Shown in pieces: positions 10,291 through 18,823 of a DNA stretch of 64,000 nucleotides; the first letter of the stretch is position 1; each line of letters starts with the position of its first letter. The stretch is taken from positions 129,702 to 193,701 of the forward strand of contig CAZCYZ010000001.1 of NCBI GenBank assembly GCA_964503465.1. Direction: 5' to 3'. Made by a program: the position numbers and the translations under genes. The DNA comes from an uncultured Gammaproteobacteria bacterium (GTDB taxonomy: Bacteria; Patescibacteriota; Microgenomatia; UBA12405). Below the pieces are notes generated by a model, which worked only from the letters and a program-made list of their open reading frames with translations, did not search any database and was not told the DNA's origin.

Positions 10291-10297
10291 ATCTCCT

Positions 10298-12190
10298 ATG
10301 TCCGATATTCTTGATGGTCTGAACCCTCAGCAAAAAGAAGCTGTGACTCACATTGGTTCACCTCTCCTTGTTCTGGCTGGTGCCGGTTCAGGTAAAACCA
10401 GAGTTTTAACCCATCGAGCGGCATATTTTGTTCACCAAAAACTTGCCAAACCATCTGAAATCTTGCTTTTAACCTTTACTAACAAGGCCGCTGGCGAAAT
10501 GAAAGACCGTATGTCCAAATTGTTAACATCAACAATTAACAAGTCGCCATCCGACAACCTGTTTGCAGGTACCTTTCATTCTTTCTGTTGTTCAGTTCTT
10601 CGTCGGCATGGATCGTATGTTGGCATCCCTCACAACTTTGTTATTTACGATACCGATGATCAGGAAAACACTATTAGTTTAATTCTCAAAGACATTGGTT
10701 TTACCCCCAAAGAATTTAAACCGAGTAGTGTTCTCTATTTTATTGAATCCGCCAAAAACAATTTCCTGACTCCCAAAGAGGCCAGGCAACAAGCTTCCGG
10801 TTTTTGGGCTGAACATGCGGCCAAAATTTATCAACTTTACCAAAACAAGTTGACTGAATTTCAGGCCCTAGACTTTAATGATCTAATTTTTAGGACTATC
10901 GAACTTTTTTATCAAAGTCCAGAAATTCTTGACAAATATCAGGATCAATATCGTTATATTTTAATTGACGAATATCAGGATACTAATCAAACCCAGTACC
11001 TGTTAACCAAACTCTTATCGCTTAAACATCATCAAATTACTGTTGTTGGTGATGCGTCCCAGGCTATTTACGGCTGGCGTGGCGCCGATTATCACAACCT
11101 TGACAGCTTTCTTCGCGATTTTAACGATACCAAGGTTGTTAATCTTGAGGAAAATTATCGTTCGACTCAAACCATCTTGGATGCCGCCAATTCGGTTATC
11201 TCCAAAAATAATTCTCATCCTATTCTTAAACTTTTCACTCTCAAACAATCGAACGATAAGATTAAAATTTTTGAGGCCGAATCCGAAATTGCCGAGGCCG
11301 ATTATCTTTCCGATCGAATTAATTTTTTGGTCAACACCCATCGCATTCCTCATCGGGCTATTGCCGTCCTTTATCGAATGAATGCCCAATCGCGTGTTAT
11401 CGAAGAGTCCTTTCTAAAAAACAACATTCCCTACGTTCTAATTGGTGGCCTTCGTTTTTATGAGCGGGCCGAAATCAAAGATATTCTCGCCATGGTTCGT
11501 TTCGCTGTTAATCATCAAGACCAGGTATCGTATGGCCGACTCACTAAAACATTTGGTAAAAAACGATTGTTTAGTTTTGAAAACTACTTAAAGGATGTCG
11601 ACTTGTCTGACCTTTCCTCGCTTCAAATTCTCGAGTCGTTAGTCCTTAATTCCGGTTACCTTGACCGTTTCGATCCAAAAGATGATGACGATCAACGTCG
11701 AATCGAAAACATTAAGGAACTCAAGTCCGTTGCTACTTCCTTTCCCAAGATTAACGACTTTTTAGAAAACATTGCCTTGGTTCAAGCCGAATATAGTCAG
11801 CAGGAAAAATCCAAGAGAAAGGAAAAGCGCGACGGCATCAGGCTGATGACTCTTCACAGCAGTAAAGGATTAGAGTTTGAAGCGGTTTTTTTGGTCGGTT
11901 TTGAAGAGGGGATATTGCCCCATTCACGAAGCATGGTCGACGATTCCGATATCGAAGAAGAAAGGCGCCTTTGTTATGTTGGTATCACTCGGGCCAAAGA
12001 TTATCTTCACCTCTCCTATGCTTCCCGTCGTCTCTATTTTGGCCGCTCATCATTAAACGAACCTTCCCGTTTCCTGGCCGATATTCCAAACAACTTAATC
12101 GAATTTGACCAGGTTGCTAATATTACTCGAGACTATCGCCATCGTCAGGATTCTGGTGACGATCTTACTTATGATCCAGATATATACTAA
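10298..12190 (+). CDS. uvrD: ATP-dependent DNA helicase UvrD/PcrA family
   Basis: MSDILDGLNPQQKEAV start, Walker A AGAGSGKTRVLT, DEYQDTN, helicase motifs V/VI (TLHSSKGLEFEAVF, YVGITRA). The ORF-track N-terminal extension (10181) is rejected. Confidence 0.85.
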   Translation: MSDILDGLNPQQKEAVTHIGSPLLVLAGAGSGKTRVLTHRAAYFVHQKLAKPSEILLLTFTNKAAGEMKDRMSKLLTSTINKSPSDNLFAGTFHSFCCSVLRRHGSYVGIPHNFVIYDTDDQENTISLILKDIGFTPKEFKPSSVLYFIESAKNNFLTPKEARQQASGFWAEHAAKIYQLYQNKLTEFQALDFNDLIFRTIELFYQSPEILDKYQDQYRYILIDEYQDTNQTQYLLTKLLSLKHHQITVVGDASQAIYGWRGADYHNLDSFLRDFNDTKVVNLEENYRSTQTILDAANSVISKNNSHPILKLFTLKQSNDKIKIFEAESEIAEADYLSDRINFLVNTHRIPHRAIAVLYRMNAQSRVIEESFLKNNIPYVLIGGLRFYERAEIKDILAMVRFAVNHQDQVSYGRLTKTFGKKRLFSFENYLKDVDLSDLSSLQILESLVLNSGYLDRFDPKDDDDQRRIENIKELKSVATSFPKINDFLENIALVQAEYSQQEKSKRKEKRDGIRLMTLHSSKGLEFEAVFLVGFEEGILPHSRSMVDDSDIEEERRLCYVGITRAKDYLHLSYASRRLYFGRSSLNEPSRFLADIPNNLIEFDQVANITRDYRHRQDSGDDLTYDPDIY

Positions 12191-12193
12191 GTT

Positions 12194-13201
12194 ATGATTA
12201 CTCGGATTCTCTATGATGAGGAGAAAGACCAGTACAATGCCGTTGTTAATCATCCTCTTCAAACCTGGGAATGGGGTGAGTTTCAAAAGTCCCAAGGTCA
12301 TAAAGTCTACCGCCTGGGGGTCTTTGATCAGGAAAAACTGATCTCTGGTTACACCATCTCTTTCCACCAAGTTCCAAAAACAAAATATTCAGTTGGTACC
12401 ATTCTCCGTGGTCCGAATATCGACGAAGACTTACTAACTAATGTTTCCAAAATTGCCGTTGATGAAAACGCCATTTTTGTCAAACTCGAACCAGACGTTT
12501 TAAAAAAAAATAGCTCCTACTACTCCTTTTCTAATCTTTTTTCTTCCCCCAAGAGTGCTTTTTACCCCCATTCCCACATCGTCGATTTAACCAGGTCCGA
12601 AGAAGAATTATTGACCCTTTGTCACCCTAAAACTCGCTACAATATTCGTCTTGCTAATCGTCACGGGGTTAAAACTGAAGAAGTTACTACCGATTCTGGT
12701 TTCGAGCAATATCTTAAATTGATTTTTGAGTCCACCAAGCGTCAAGGTTTTTATCTTCACTCTCCCGAATATCATCGCCGTCAGTGGCAGATTCTCAAAA
12801 AAACCCATATCCCCCACATTTTTTTGGCTTCCTATCGAGGTGAAGTTTTGGCCGCCTTTATGACCTTTGTCTTTAGGGATCGTCTGTTTTACCCCTATGG
12901 CGGCACATCGGACAATCACAAAGAAGTTATGGCTCCAAATTTGTTAATGTGGGAGATTATCAAATTTGGTCGATCTCAAAATTTAAAAACCTTTGATATG
13001 TGGGGTAGTCTTGGACCTAATGCTCGGGAGGGGGATAATGGCTTTGGCTTTCATCGTTTTAAACAAGGTTATGGTGGTGAACTAAAAGAATTTGTTGGCA
13101 GTTATGATTTGGTACTTAACATCCAACTTTACAAATTTTACAACTTTATCAATTTAATTCGTTGGTTTCTTCTCCGCCTCAAAGCTAAATTTCTGCGCTA
13201 A
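12194..13201 (+). CDS. FemAB-family peptidoglycan bridge aminoacyltransferase
   Basis: 335 aa. The C-terminal half (MAPNLLMWEIIKFGRSQNLKTFDMWGS) resembles the FemAB/GNAT-fold family. Confidence 0.55.
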   Translation: MITRILYDEEKDQYNAVVNHPLQTWEWGEFQKSQGHKVYRLGVFDQEKLISGYTISFHQVPKTKYSVGTILRGPNIDEDLLTNVSKIAVDENAIFVKLEPDVLKKNSSYYSFSNLFSSPKSAFYPHSHIVDLTRSEEELLTLCHPKTRYNIRLANRHGVKTEEVTTDSGFEQYLKLIFESTKRQGFYLHSPEYHRRQWQILKKTHIPHIFLASYRGEVLAAFMTFVFRDRLFYPYGGTSDNHKEVMAPNLLMWEIIKFGRSQNLKTFDMWGSLGPNAREGDNGFGFHRFKQGYGGELKEFVGSYDLVLNIQLYKFYNFINLIRWFLLRLKAKFLR

Positions 13202-13210
13202 AATATACCC

Positions 13211-13504
13211 ATGTCTTCTGTTATCTCTGACGATCAGTTTCAGCACATTGCCAAATTATCCCGTTTAGAAATAAAACCGGAAGAAAATTTTATCAAGGAT
13301 CAGCTTTCTCAAGCAGCCGAATATGTCGAGGTTCTCAAAGAACTAGATACCACCAGCGTTGAGCCTACCTTTCAGGTAAATCACAAGCAAAACGTTTTCC
13401 GCCAAGATGTTGTAACTGAATCACTAACCCAACAAGAAGCCTTGTCCCAGGCCAAACTTACCCAAAACGGTTATTTTGTTACCACAGCAACCATTAAAAA
13501 ATAA
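13211..13504 (+). CDS. gatC: Asp/Glu-tRNA amidotransferase subunit C
   Basis: 97 aa, directly upstream of gatA, with the typical GatC N-terminus (DQFQHIAKLSRLEI). Confidence 0.7.
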   Translation: MSSVISDDQFQHIAKLSRLEIKPEENFIKDQLSQAAEYVEVLKELDTTSVEPTFQVNHKQNVFRQDVVTESLTQQEALSQAKLTQNGYFVTTATIKK

Positions 13505-13569
13505 TGTTAAGAATCAAGACCTTTTTATTTTTAAGTCTCCCTTGTCAAGGGGAGATTTAGAGGGGTTTT

Positions 13570-14967
13570 ATGAGTGACTTAAACAGACTAACTCTGGTGG
13601 AAGCCCGCCAAGGTTTATTATCAAAAAAGTTTTCTTCTCGTGAACTGATTACTGATTGCTTTTCTCAAATTAAAAAAGTTGAACCTCAATTAAACGCTTT
13701 TGTTTCATTATTCGAAGAAGAATCATTAACCAAAGCCGATAATATCGATCTGTCAAAACCATTGGCTGGTATTCCTGTGGCTGTCAAAGACAATTTTTTG
13801 GTCAAGGACCATCGCACCACCGCTTCAGCCAAGGTCCTTGATAGTTACACTGCTCAATATTCTTCCACTTTTACTCAGCGTCTTGAAGATGCTGGGGCCA
13901 TCATCATCGGTAAAACCAACATGGATGCTTGGGCTCACGGCTCATCTACCGAAACTTCCGATTATGGCCCGACCAAAAATCCTTGGAATACCAATCATCT
14001 ACCCGGCGGTTCCAGTGGTGGCAGTGCTGCAGCCGTTGCTGCTGATGAGTGTACTGTTGCTGTTGGTTCCGAAACTGCCGGCTCGATTCGTCAACCAGCT
14101 GCCTGGTGCGGGGTGGTTGGCTTCAAACCCACCTATGGTCGTTGTTCTCGTTACGGCACTATCGCTATGAAATCCAGCACCGATTCACCTGGACCAATTG
14201 CCAAGACAGTTGACGATGCCGCTTATATCCTTTCGCTTGTTTCTGGTTACGATCCCCACGATGCCACTAGTATCGAAGAAGGCCCGTGGTTAATCCCGCC
14301 ACCTTTAACTTCACTTAAGAATATTAAAATTGGCCTTCCTCTGTCGTATTTTCCTCCGCAAATTCAGCCAGATGTAAAACAGGCAGTTTTAAATTCCACT
14401 GAAATTTTCAAAAAACTAGGTGCTGAAATTGTTGAGCTCCCTGACGTTCTAGATCCCAAATATTCGGTTGCCATCTATACCATTCTTCAACGTTCCGAGG
14501 TTAGTAGCAACCTATCTCGATTTGATGGCATTCGCTACGGTAATGATCGCTCATTTTTTTCCCAAGAGGCCAAACGCCGGATTATGCTTGGAACTTATTC
14601 TCTTTCCGCTGGATATTACGATGCCTATTACACCAAAGCTCAAAAAGCCAGAACCCTCCTCTGTCAGGATTTTGACAAACAGTTTGCCAAAGTTGATGTC
14701 ATTATTGGTCCTACCTCTCCTAGTACTGCTCTGCCTCTTAAGGCCACCGAAGGTCAGGCTATGTTTGGTGAACTCCAAGACATGTTCTTGGAACCATCAA
14801 GTATTGCCGGTCTGGCTGGTATTTCCATTCCTTGTGGTTTTGACACTAACAATCTTCCCATTGGTCTTACTATCGTTGCTCCCCAAAAGCGCGAAGATAT
14901 TGTCTATCAACTGGCCAAAACCTTCGAATCCAACACCGATTATCATCTCCAAAAACCTAAACTATGA
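13570..14967 (+). CDS. gatA: Glutamyl-tRNA(Gln)/Asp-tRNA(Asn) amidotransferase subunit A
   Basis: Amidase signature GGSSGGSAAAVAA and a Ser-cisSer-Lys family. Confidence 0.9.
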   Translation: MSDLNRLTLVEARQGLLSKKFSSRELITDCFSQIKKVEPQLNAFVSLFEEESLTKADNIDLSKPLAGIPVAVKDNFLVKDHRTTASAKVLDSYTAQYSSTFTQRLEDAGAIIIGKTNMDAWAHGSSTETSDYGPTKNPWNTNHLPGGSSGGSAAAVAADECTVAVGSETAGSIRQPAAWCGVVGFKPTYGRCSRYGTIAMKSSTDSPGPIAKTVDDAAYILSLVSGYDPHDATSIEEGPWLIPPPLTSLKNIKIGLPLSYFPPQIQPDVKQAVLNSTEIFKKLGAEIVELPDVLDPKYSVAIYTILQRSEVSSNLSRFDGIRYGNDRSFFSQEAKRRIMLGTYSLSAGYYDAYYTKAQKARTLLCQDFDKQFAKVDVIIGPTSPSTALPLKATEGQAMFGELQDMFLEPSSIAGLAGISIPCGFDTNNLPIGLTIVAPQKREDIVYQLAKTFESNTDYHLQKPKL

Positions 14968-15872
14968 TTACCAGACTTGACTCCACCACTCTTGCCAAAA
15001 TCACTACTCAGGCCGATATGGACGAATTTGTTAATTCCCTTGGTCTGACGACTAATACCGTTATCATTAAGCCCAATTGGGTTGATGGTTGTCTTGGTAC
15101 TCATACCGAAGCAAAAGTTCTTGACCTGTTTTTAGGATCATTAAAAAATAAAAAAATTTATCTTGTCGAAAGTTACACTTTTTGGCGCAATCAAAAATCA
15201 ACCGAAGAAGGGGAGGATTCTTTTTCTTCTTCCGAAGCTCAATTTGATACTGGCCAAAAACATTGGGATTTTTTCAAAGCCGGTGACGACTGGTTTCTAA
15301 GAAACAGTGGTATCGGTAAAGTTATTGGGAAATATGGAATCACCTACATTAATGTCACCAATGAACTTTGGGCTGGCCGGGAATCACCCATCCCTCTGGT
15401 TCCCCAAGTTCTTTACGATCTTCAGGGTTCTGACTTTATTAGTTTTGCCAAACTAAAGGGTGATGGTGATTATGGCGCCACCCTATCTATCAAAAATCTT
15501 TTTGGCCTTTACCCAGACCCGCATCGAATGAAAAAATATCATGGGGAAAATGATGAATTGATAAAAGATTCAATTCTAAAGATTAATCAAACCTATCGGC
15601 CTCTCTTTAAACACTTTTCCATTGTCGAAGGTGTCTATTTTGCCAGTTATGTCCACTGGTCCAAACACATTCATCAAGTATCCCAAGATTTGGGTATTAT
15701 TATTGGTGGTCAAGACGCCCTCCAAGTTGACGACACCGCTCTTAAAATGACCCAAACTCAACCATCCGGATCTCTCAAAACACTTCTGGTTGACTATCAA
15801 AAACTTTTTGGTGGTAACTTCCAGTCTCAAAGTATCCCTTCCGATTACCATGTTGAGTTGTTCAAACTATGA
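14964..15872 (+). CDS. DUF362-family protein embedded in the gatCAB operon
   Basis: VIIKPNWVD... and AKLKGDGDYGATLSIKNLFG motifs. Its start overlaps the gatA stop by 4 nt. Confidence 0.45.
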   Translation: MITRLDSTTLAKITTQADMDEFVNSLGLTTNTVIIKPNWVDGCLGTHTEAKVLDLFLGSLKNKKIYLVESYTFWRNQKSTEEGEDSFSSSEAQFDTGQKHWDFFKAGDDWFLRNSGIGKVIGKYGITYINVTNELWAGRESPIPLVPQVLYDLQGSDFISFAKLKGDGDYGATLSIKNLFGLYPDPHRMKKYHGENDELIKDSILKINQTYRPLFKHFSIVEGVYFASYVHWSKHIHQVSQDLGIIIGGQDALQVDDTALKMTQTQPSGSLKTLLVDYQKLFGGNFQSQSIPSDYHVELFKL

Positions 15873-16159
15873 AAGTCGTTCAATGGTCAATGACTGTTTC
15901 AAACAATTTACATCAAGAATTTATTGAATATTCCCAAAACGTATTAAAACCCACCTGGTTCAAGTTTGGTGCCATCGATTATCGACTTTTTGAAGGAGAA
16001 AATAAGTTTATAGAACAGCTATTCTTCCCAGAAGATTTCAATCCCGAAGAGTTCTTTGCCAAAGTTAAATCCGATCCAAAGGCCAACGAAGTTTCCAAAA
16101 GTTATGAACAACACTTTCAGGCCACCAACATTCAAAAGGAGGTACTAAATCAACTATGA
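15869..16159 (+). CDS. Hypothetical 96-aa protein (possibly ferredoxin-like/ABM-fold), translationally coupled between DUF362 and gatB
   Basis: 4-nt overlaps on both sides. No recognisable motif. Confidence 0.4.
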   Translation: MKVVQWSMTVSNNLHQEFIEYSQNVLKPTWFKFGAIDYRLFEGENKFIEQLFFPEDFNPEEFFAKVKSDPKANEVSKSYEQHFQATNIQKEVLNQL

Positions 16160-17553
16160 CCACCACTCCCATCATCGGACTTGAGGTTCATGTCGAACTA
16201 AAAACCAAATCAAAAATGTTTTGTGGTTGCAATGCCGAGCATTTTCAGCAGCAGCCCAACACCCACACCTGCCCGGTTTGTCTGGGTCTCCCCGGGGCAC
16301 TACCTGTCCCCAACATTATTGCCTGCCAGTGGTGTCTTAAGCTTGGACTGGCCCTCGGTTGCAGTATCAACCAGCATTCTTTTTTTGAGCGTAAAAATTA
16401 TTTTTATCCCGATCTGGCCAAGGGTTATCAAATCTCCCAACTTCAAAAACCGTTTTGCATTAACGGTCAACTAATTATCGATTCCCACTCCGTTCGCATC
16501 AATCGAGTTCACATGGAGGAGGATACTGGTAAATCAGTTCATGTCGGCGACCAGACCCTATTGGATTTTAACCGTTCCGGTGTTCCCTTGGTCGAAATTG
16601 TCTCCGAACCGGATATTAATTCTCCCGAAATCGCTAAAAAATATCTTCAAAAAATTCAGCAAATTGTCCGTTACTTGGGAATTTCTGATGCCGATATTGA
16701 AAAGGGGAGCATGCGTTGCGAACCGACTGTCAATGTCAATATTGATGGCCATTTTACCCCCTTGGTCGAAATTAAAAACGTCGCCTCTCTTACCGGGGTT
16801 CTAAATGCTATCCAATACGAAATTGATCGTCAAATCAAACAATTCGAGACCGATCATCTCGAAAAATCGCCGACCAACAAAACTACCCGTGGTTGGGATG
16901 CTGATAAGCAACAAACCTTTTTGCAACGGGAAAAAGAGGGAAGTGCTGACTATCGCTATTTTCCCGAACCCGATATTCCCCCAGTTGTTTGGTCCGATGC
17001 TGATATTAACACCATCAAATCGACCATTCCCGAACTTCCTGACCAAAAAATTGCCAAATATAAATCCTATGGCCTATCCGATTACGATGCTAATCTTTTG
17101 GCCGAAGACCAGATGTTTGCTGCCACTTTTGAAAAAGTTACCGGTGACCAACCTTCTCCTGAATTTGCAAAGTTTGTAGCTAATTTGTTTATCGGTCCGC
17201 TTAAGGCCATTAATCTTGATCAAGTAAATCCAGTTTATTTCAAAAATCTTTTTGACCACAAGCATGAGTTATCCTCGACGGCCATAAAAGAACTAATCAT
17301 TGAATCACTTTCGTCTAATGTTGACCCTTTAAAAATCGCCGCCGATAAAAATCTCTTTCAGGTCTCCGACACTGATACCATCGAGAAACTTGCCAGGCAA
17401 GTTATCGCTACTAACACCAAGGCAGTTGACGATTATCACAAAAACCCATTGGCCATTGGATTTCTTGTCGGTCAACTAATGAAACTTTCCCAGGGTTCCG
17501 CCAACCCTCAACTGGCCAAGGAAGTACTTGAGAAACTTCTCTCGACTAAGTAA
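16156..17553 (+). CDS. gatB: Asp/Glu-tRNA amidotransferase subunit B
   Basis: IGLEVHVELKTKSKMFCGC...HTCPVCLGLPGALP N-terminus, GatB/YqeY C-terminal domain. Confidence 0.9.
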   Translation: MTTTPIIGLEVHVELKTKSKMFCGCNAEHFQQQPNTHTCPVCLGLPGALPVPNIIACQWCLKLGLALGCSINQHSFFERKNYFYPDLAKGYQISQLQKPFCINGQLIIDSHSVRINRVHMEEDTGKSVHVGDQTLLDFNRSGVPLVEIVSEPDINSPEIAKKYLQKIQQIVRYLGISDADIEKGSMRCEPTVNVNIDGHFTPLVEIKNVASLTGVLNAIQYEIDRQIKQFETDHLEKSPTNKTTRGWDADKQQTFLQREKEGSADYRYFPEPDIPPVVWSDADINTIKSTIPELPDQKIAKYKSYGLSDYDANLLAEDQMFAATFEKVTGDQPSPEFAKFVANLFIGPLKAINLDQVNPVYFKNLFDHKHELSSTAIKELIIESLSSNVDPLKIAADKNLFQVSDTDTIEKLARQVIATNTKAVDDYHKNPLAIGFLVGQLMKLSQGSANPQLAKEVLEKLLSTK

Positions 17554-17555
17554 AT

Positions 17556-17711
17556 ATGATCAAAAAAATTGCTTTGATTGTCCTAATTGTCATGGGCGCC
17601 ATCTTTGCTATTCGTTTGCTTACCCCCGAAGACACCTGGGTTTGCTCGCAGGGCCAATGGATTAAACATGGCAACCCCTCCATCCCCATGCCCTCATCTT
17701 CTTGTCCCTAG
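17556..17711 (+). CDS. Possible 51-aa small membrane protein
   Basis: ATG 3 nt after the gatB stop. MIKKIALIVLIVMGAIFAIRLL TM helix. Below the ORF-track length cutoff. Confidence 0.25.
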   Translation: MIKKIALIVLIVMGAIFAIRLLTPEDTWVCSQGQWIKHGNPSIPMPSSSCP

Positions 17712-18443
17712 TTATTTGCGTTTCACTCGTCTCCCAAGTTCCTTCAATACACCAGCAACCTGTCGATCAAATGTCCGTCTTTCGTTAACAATCTCATATC
17801 CTAAACTTTTTCGGTGAGCCGCTCCGGCTCGTCCAATTCCAGCTATTTCACAGTCAAAAGCCAAAATATCTCCTCGATTTCTCGTGGCCACTTGTCGTAC
17901 GGTTTTTTCACCTCTCTTAGGATTGGCTCTTTCTTCTTCTATTTGCTCCTGAAGTGCTAGTATCCTATCTGCACCCCTAGCTATTTCAGTAATTTCCGGC
18001 CAAAGATCTTTTGCTCCGTCTGGTATAACAATTGTACTTCCATCGGCACTACCACCATCTTGGTACAGATAAATCACACCATTAACGTTTCGTCCATCTC
18101 TTGTTCCCCTAACCATACACCCGATTGTGGTTTGCAACAAATGATTTCCTCTTAGGGGTGGTGGTTTGAATTCAATTACTGCGCGGGGAGTTATTGCGTC
18201 AGATCTTACTGATAATTTCAATCCATCAGGTCCGATCTCGATTTCGTCTTCAACTTCAAATCTTGTCTCAACCCCTCGTAATCCTCTTAGTGGTTTGGGC
18301 AAGTCACCAGACACAATTCTTTTTTTGATTTCCTGATGGGCCTTTATTCCAGCCTTACTCGCTTCTTGGTCTAAATTTTTTGGTGGTCCACCCCGTATTA
18401 CTTCGGCTATCTTACTTGGCGTAATTCTCCTCTCCGCCACCAA
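17712..18443 (-). CDS. Hypothetical Arg/Gly-rich protein with a PD-(D/E)xK nuclease-like motif (VRR-NUC-like: GPDGLKL...AVIEFKPPPLRGNHLLQ)
   Basis: 243-aa minus-strand ORF in an otherwise plus-strand region. There is no plus-strand ORF of 60 aa or more in its interior. Locally elevated GC and Arg/Gly/Ala-rich composition atypical of neighbouring genes. Confidence 0.45.
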   Translation of the reverse strand: MVAERRITPSKIAEVIRGGPPKNLDQEASKAGIKAHQEIKKRIVSGDLPKPLRGLRGVETRFEVEDEIEIGPDGLKLSVRSDAITPRAVIEFKPPPLRGNHLLQTTIGCMVRGTRDGRNVNGVIYLYQDGGSADGSTIVIPDGAKDLWPEITEIARGADRILALQEQIEEERANPKRGEKTVRQVATRNRGDILAFDCEIAGIGRAGAAHRKSLGYEIVNERRTFDRQVAGVLKELGRRVKRK

Positions 18444-18542
18444 ATAACATTCTAATCAAGTACCCCACTTTATCAAGCAGATAATTGTCATCATTGTTAT
18501 CCTATAGTTTCAAAAATACAAAAAAGAGTTATAATCACCCAA

Positions 18543-18809
18543 ATGGAGAAACAAAAAATCAAATATCACGGAGTTGATGCCTGGGGTAATCGTATCCCTA
18601 TTGTTACTGCTACCAAACCGGGTAAAGGCGAAACAATACCTGGAGTTGCCCTAAACCGTTCATCCGCCTCTGTGATCGTTGATGGTAGAGCTATTCAGAT
18701 GCCATTCAGTGAAACCGATGTCCGAATTACTCGAATGCCCAACTGTAAAGGTGCCCAAAGATTTCGAGTTATGCCGGTTAGGGAATCACGTAGTCCCGAT
18801 TTTGAATAA
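18543..18809 (+). CDS. Hypothetical 88-aa protein
   Basis: Divergent from the minus-strand nuclease-like gene and directly upstream of the helicase-nuclease. A -35/-10-like sequence (TTTCAA...TATAAT) lies ~18500-18530. Confidence 0.35.
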   Translation: MEKQKIKYHGVDAWGNRIPIVTATKPGKGETIPGVALNRSSASVIVDGRAIQMPFSETDVRITRMPNCKGAQRFRVMPVRESRSPDFE

Positions 18810-18823
18810 CGCTATACTAGATA

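Noticed and set aside
10181-10297. N-terminal extensions in the ORF track for uvrD (10181), dnaK (29862), ruvX (54570) and possibly rpoB (59689 GTG)
   Set aside because: Conserved protein N-termini begin at downstream Met codons (10298, 29940, 54654; 59734 plausible). The extensions overlap upstream genes or regulatory hairpins.
14964-16159. Considered that the DUF362/orf96 insertion disrupts gatA or gatB (pseudogenisation)
   Set aside because: gatA (amidase signature intact, 465 aa) and gatB (465 aa, full GatB/YqeY) are both full length with proper starts and stops. The inserts are separate coupled ORFs.
17590-17720. Initially suspected a strongly GC-rich foreign block spanning 17.5-18.5 kb
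   Set aside because: On re-reading, only the first ~130 nt and parts of the minus-strand ORF are clearly GC-elevated. The remainder is modestly above the flanks, so the horizontal-transfer inference is kept tentative and a sliding-window computation is required.
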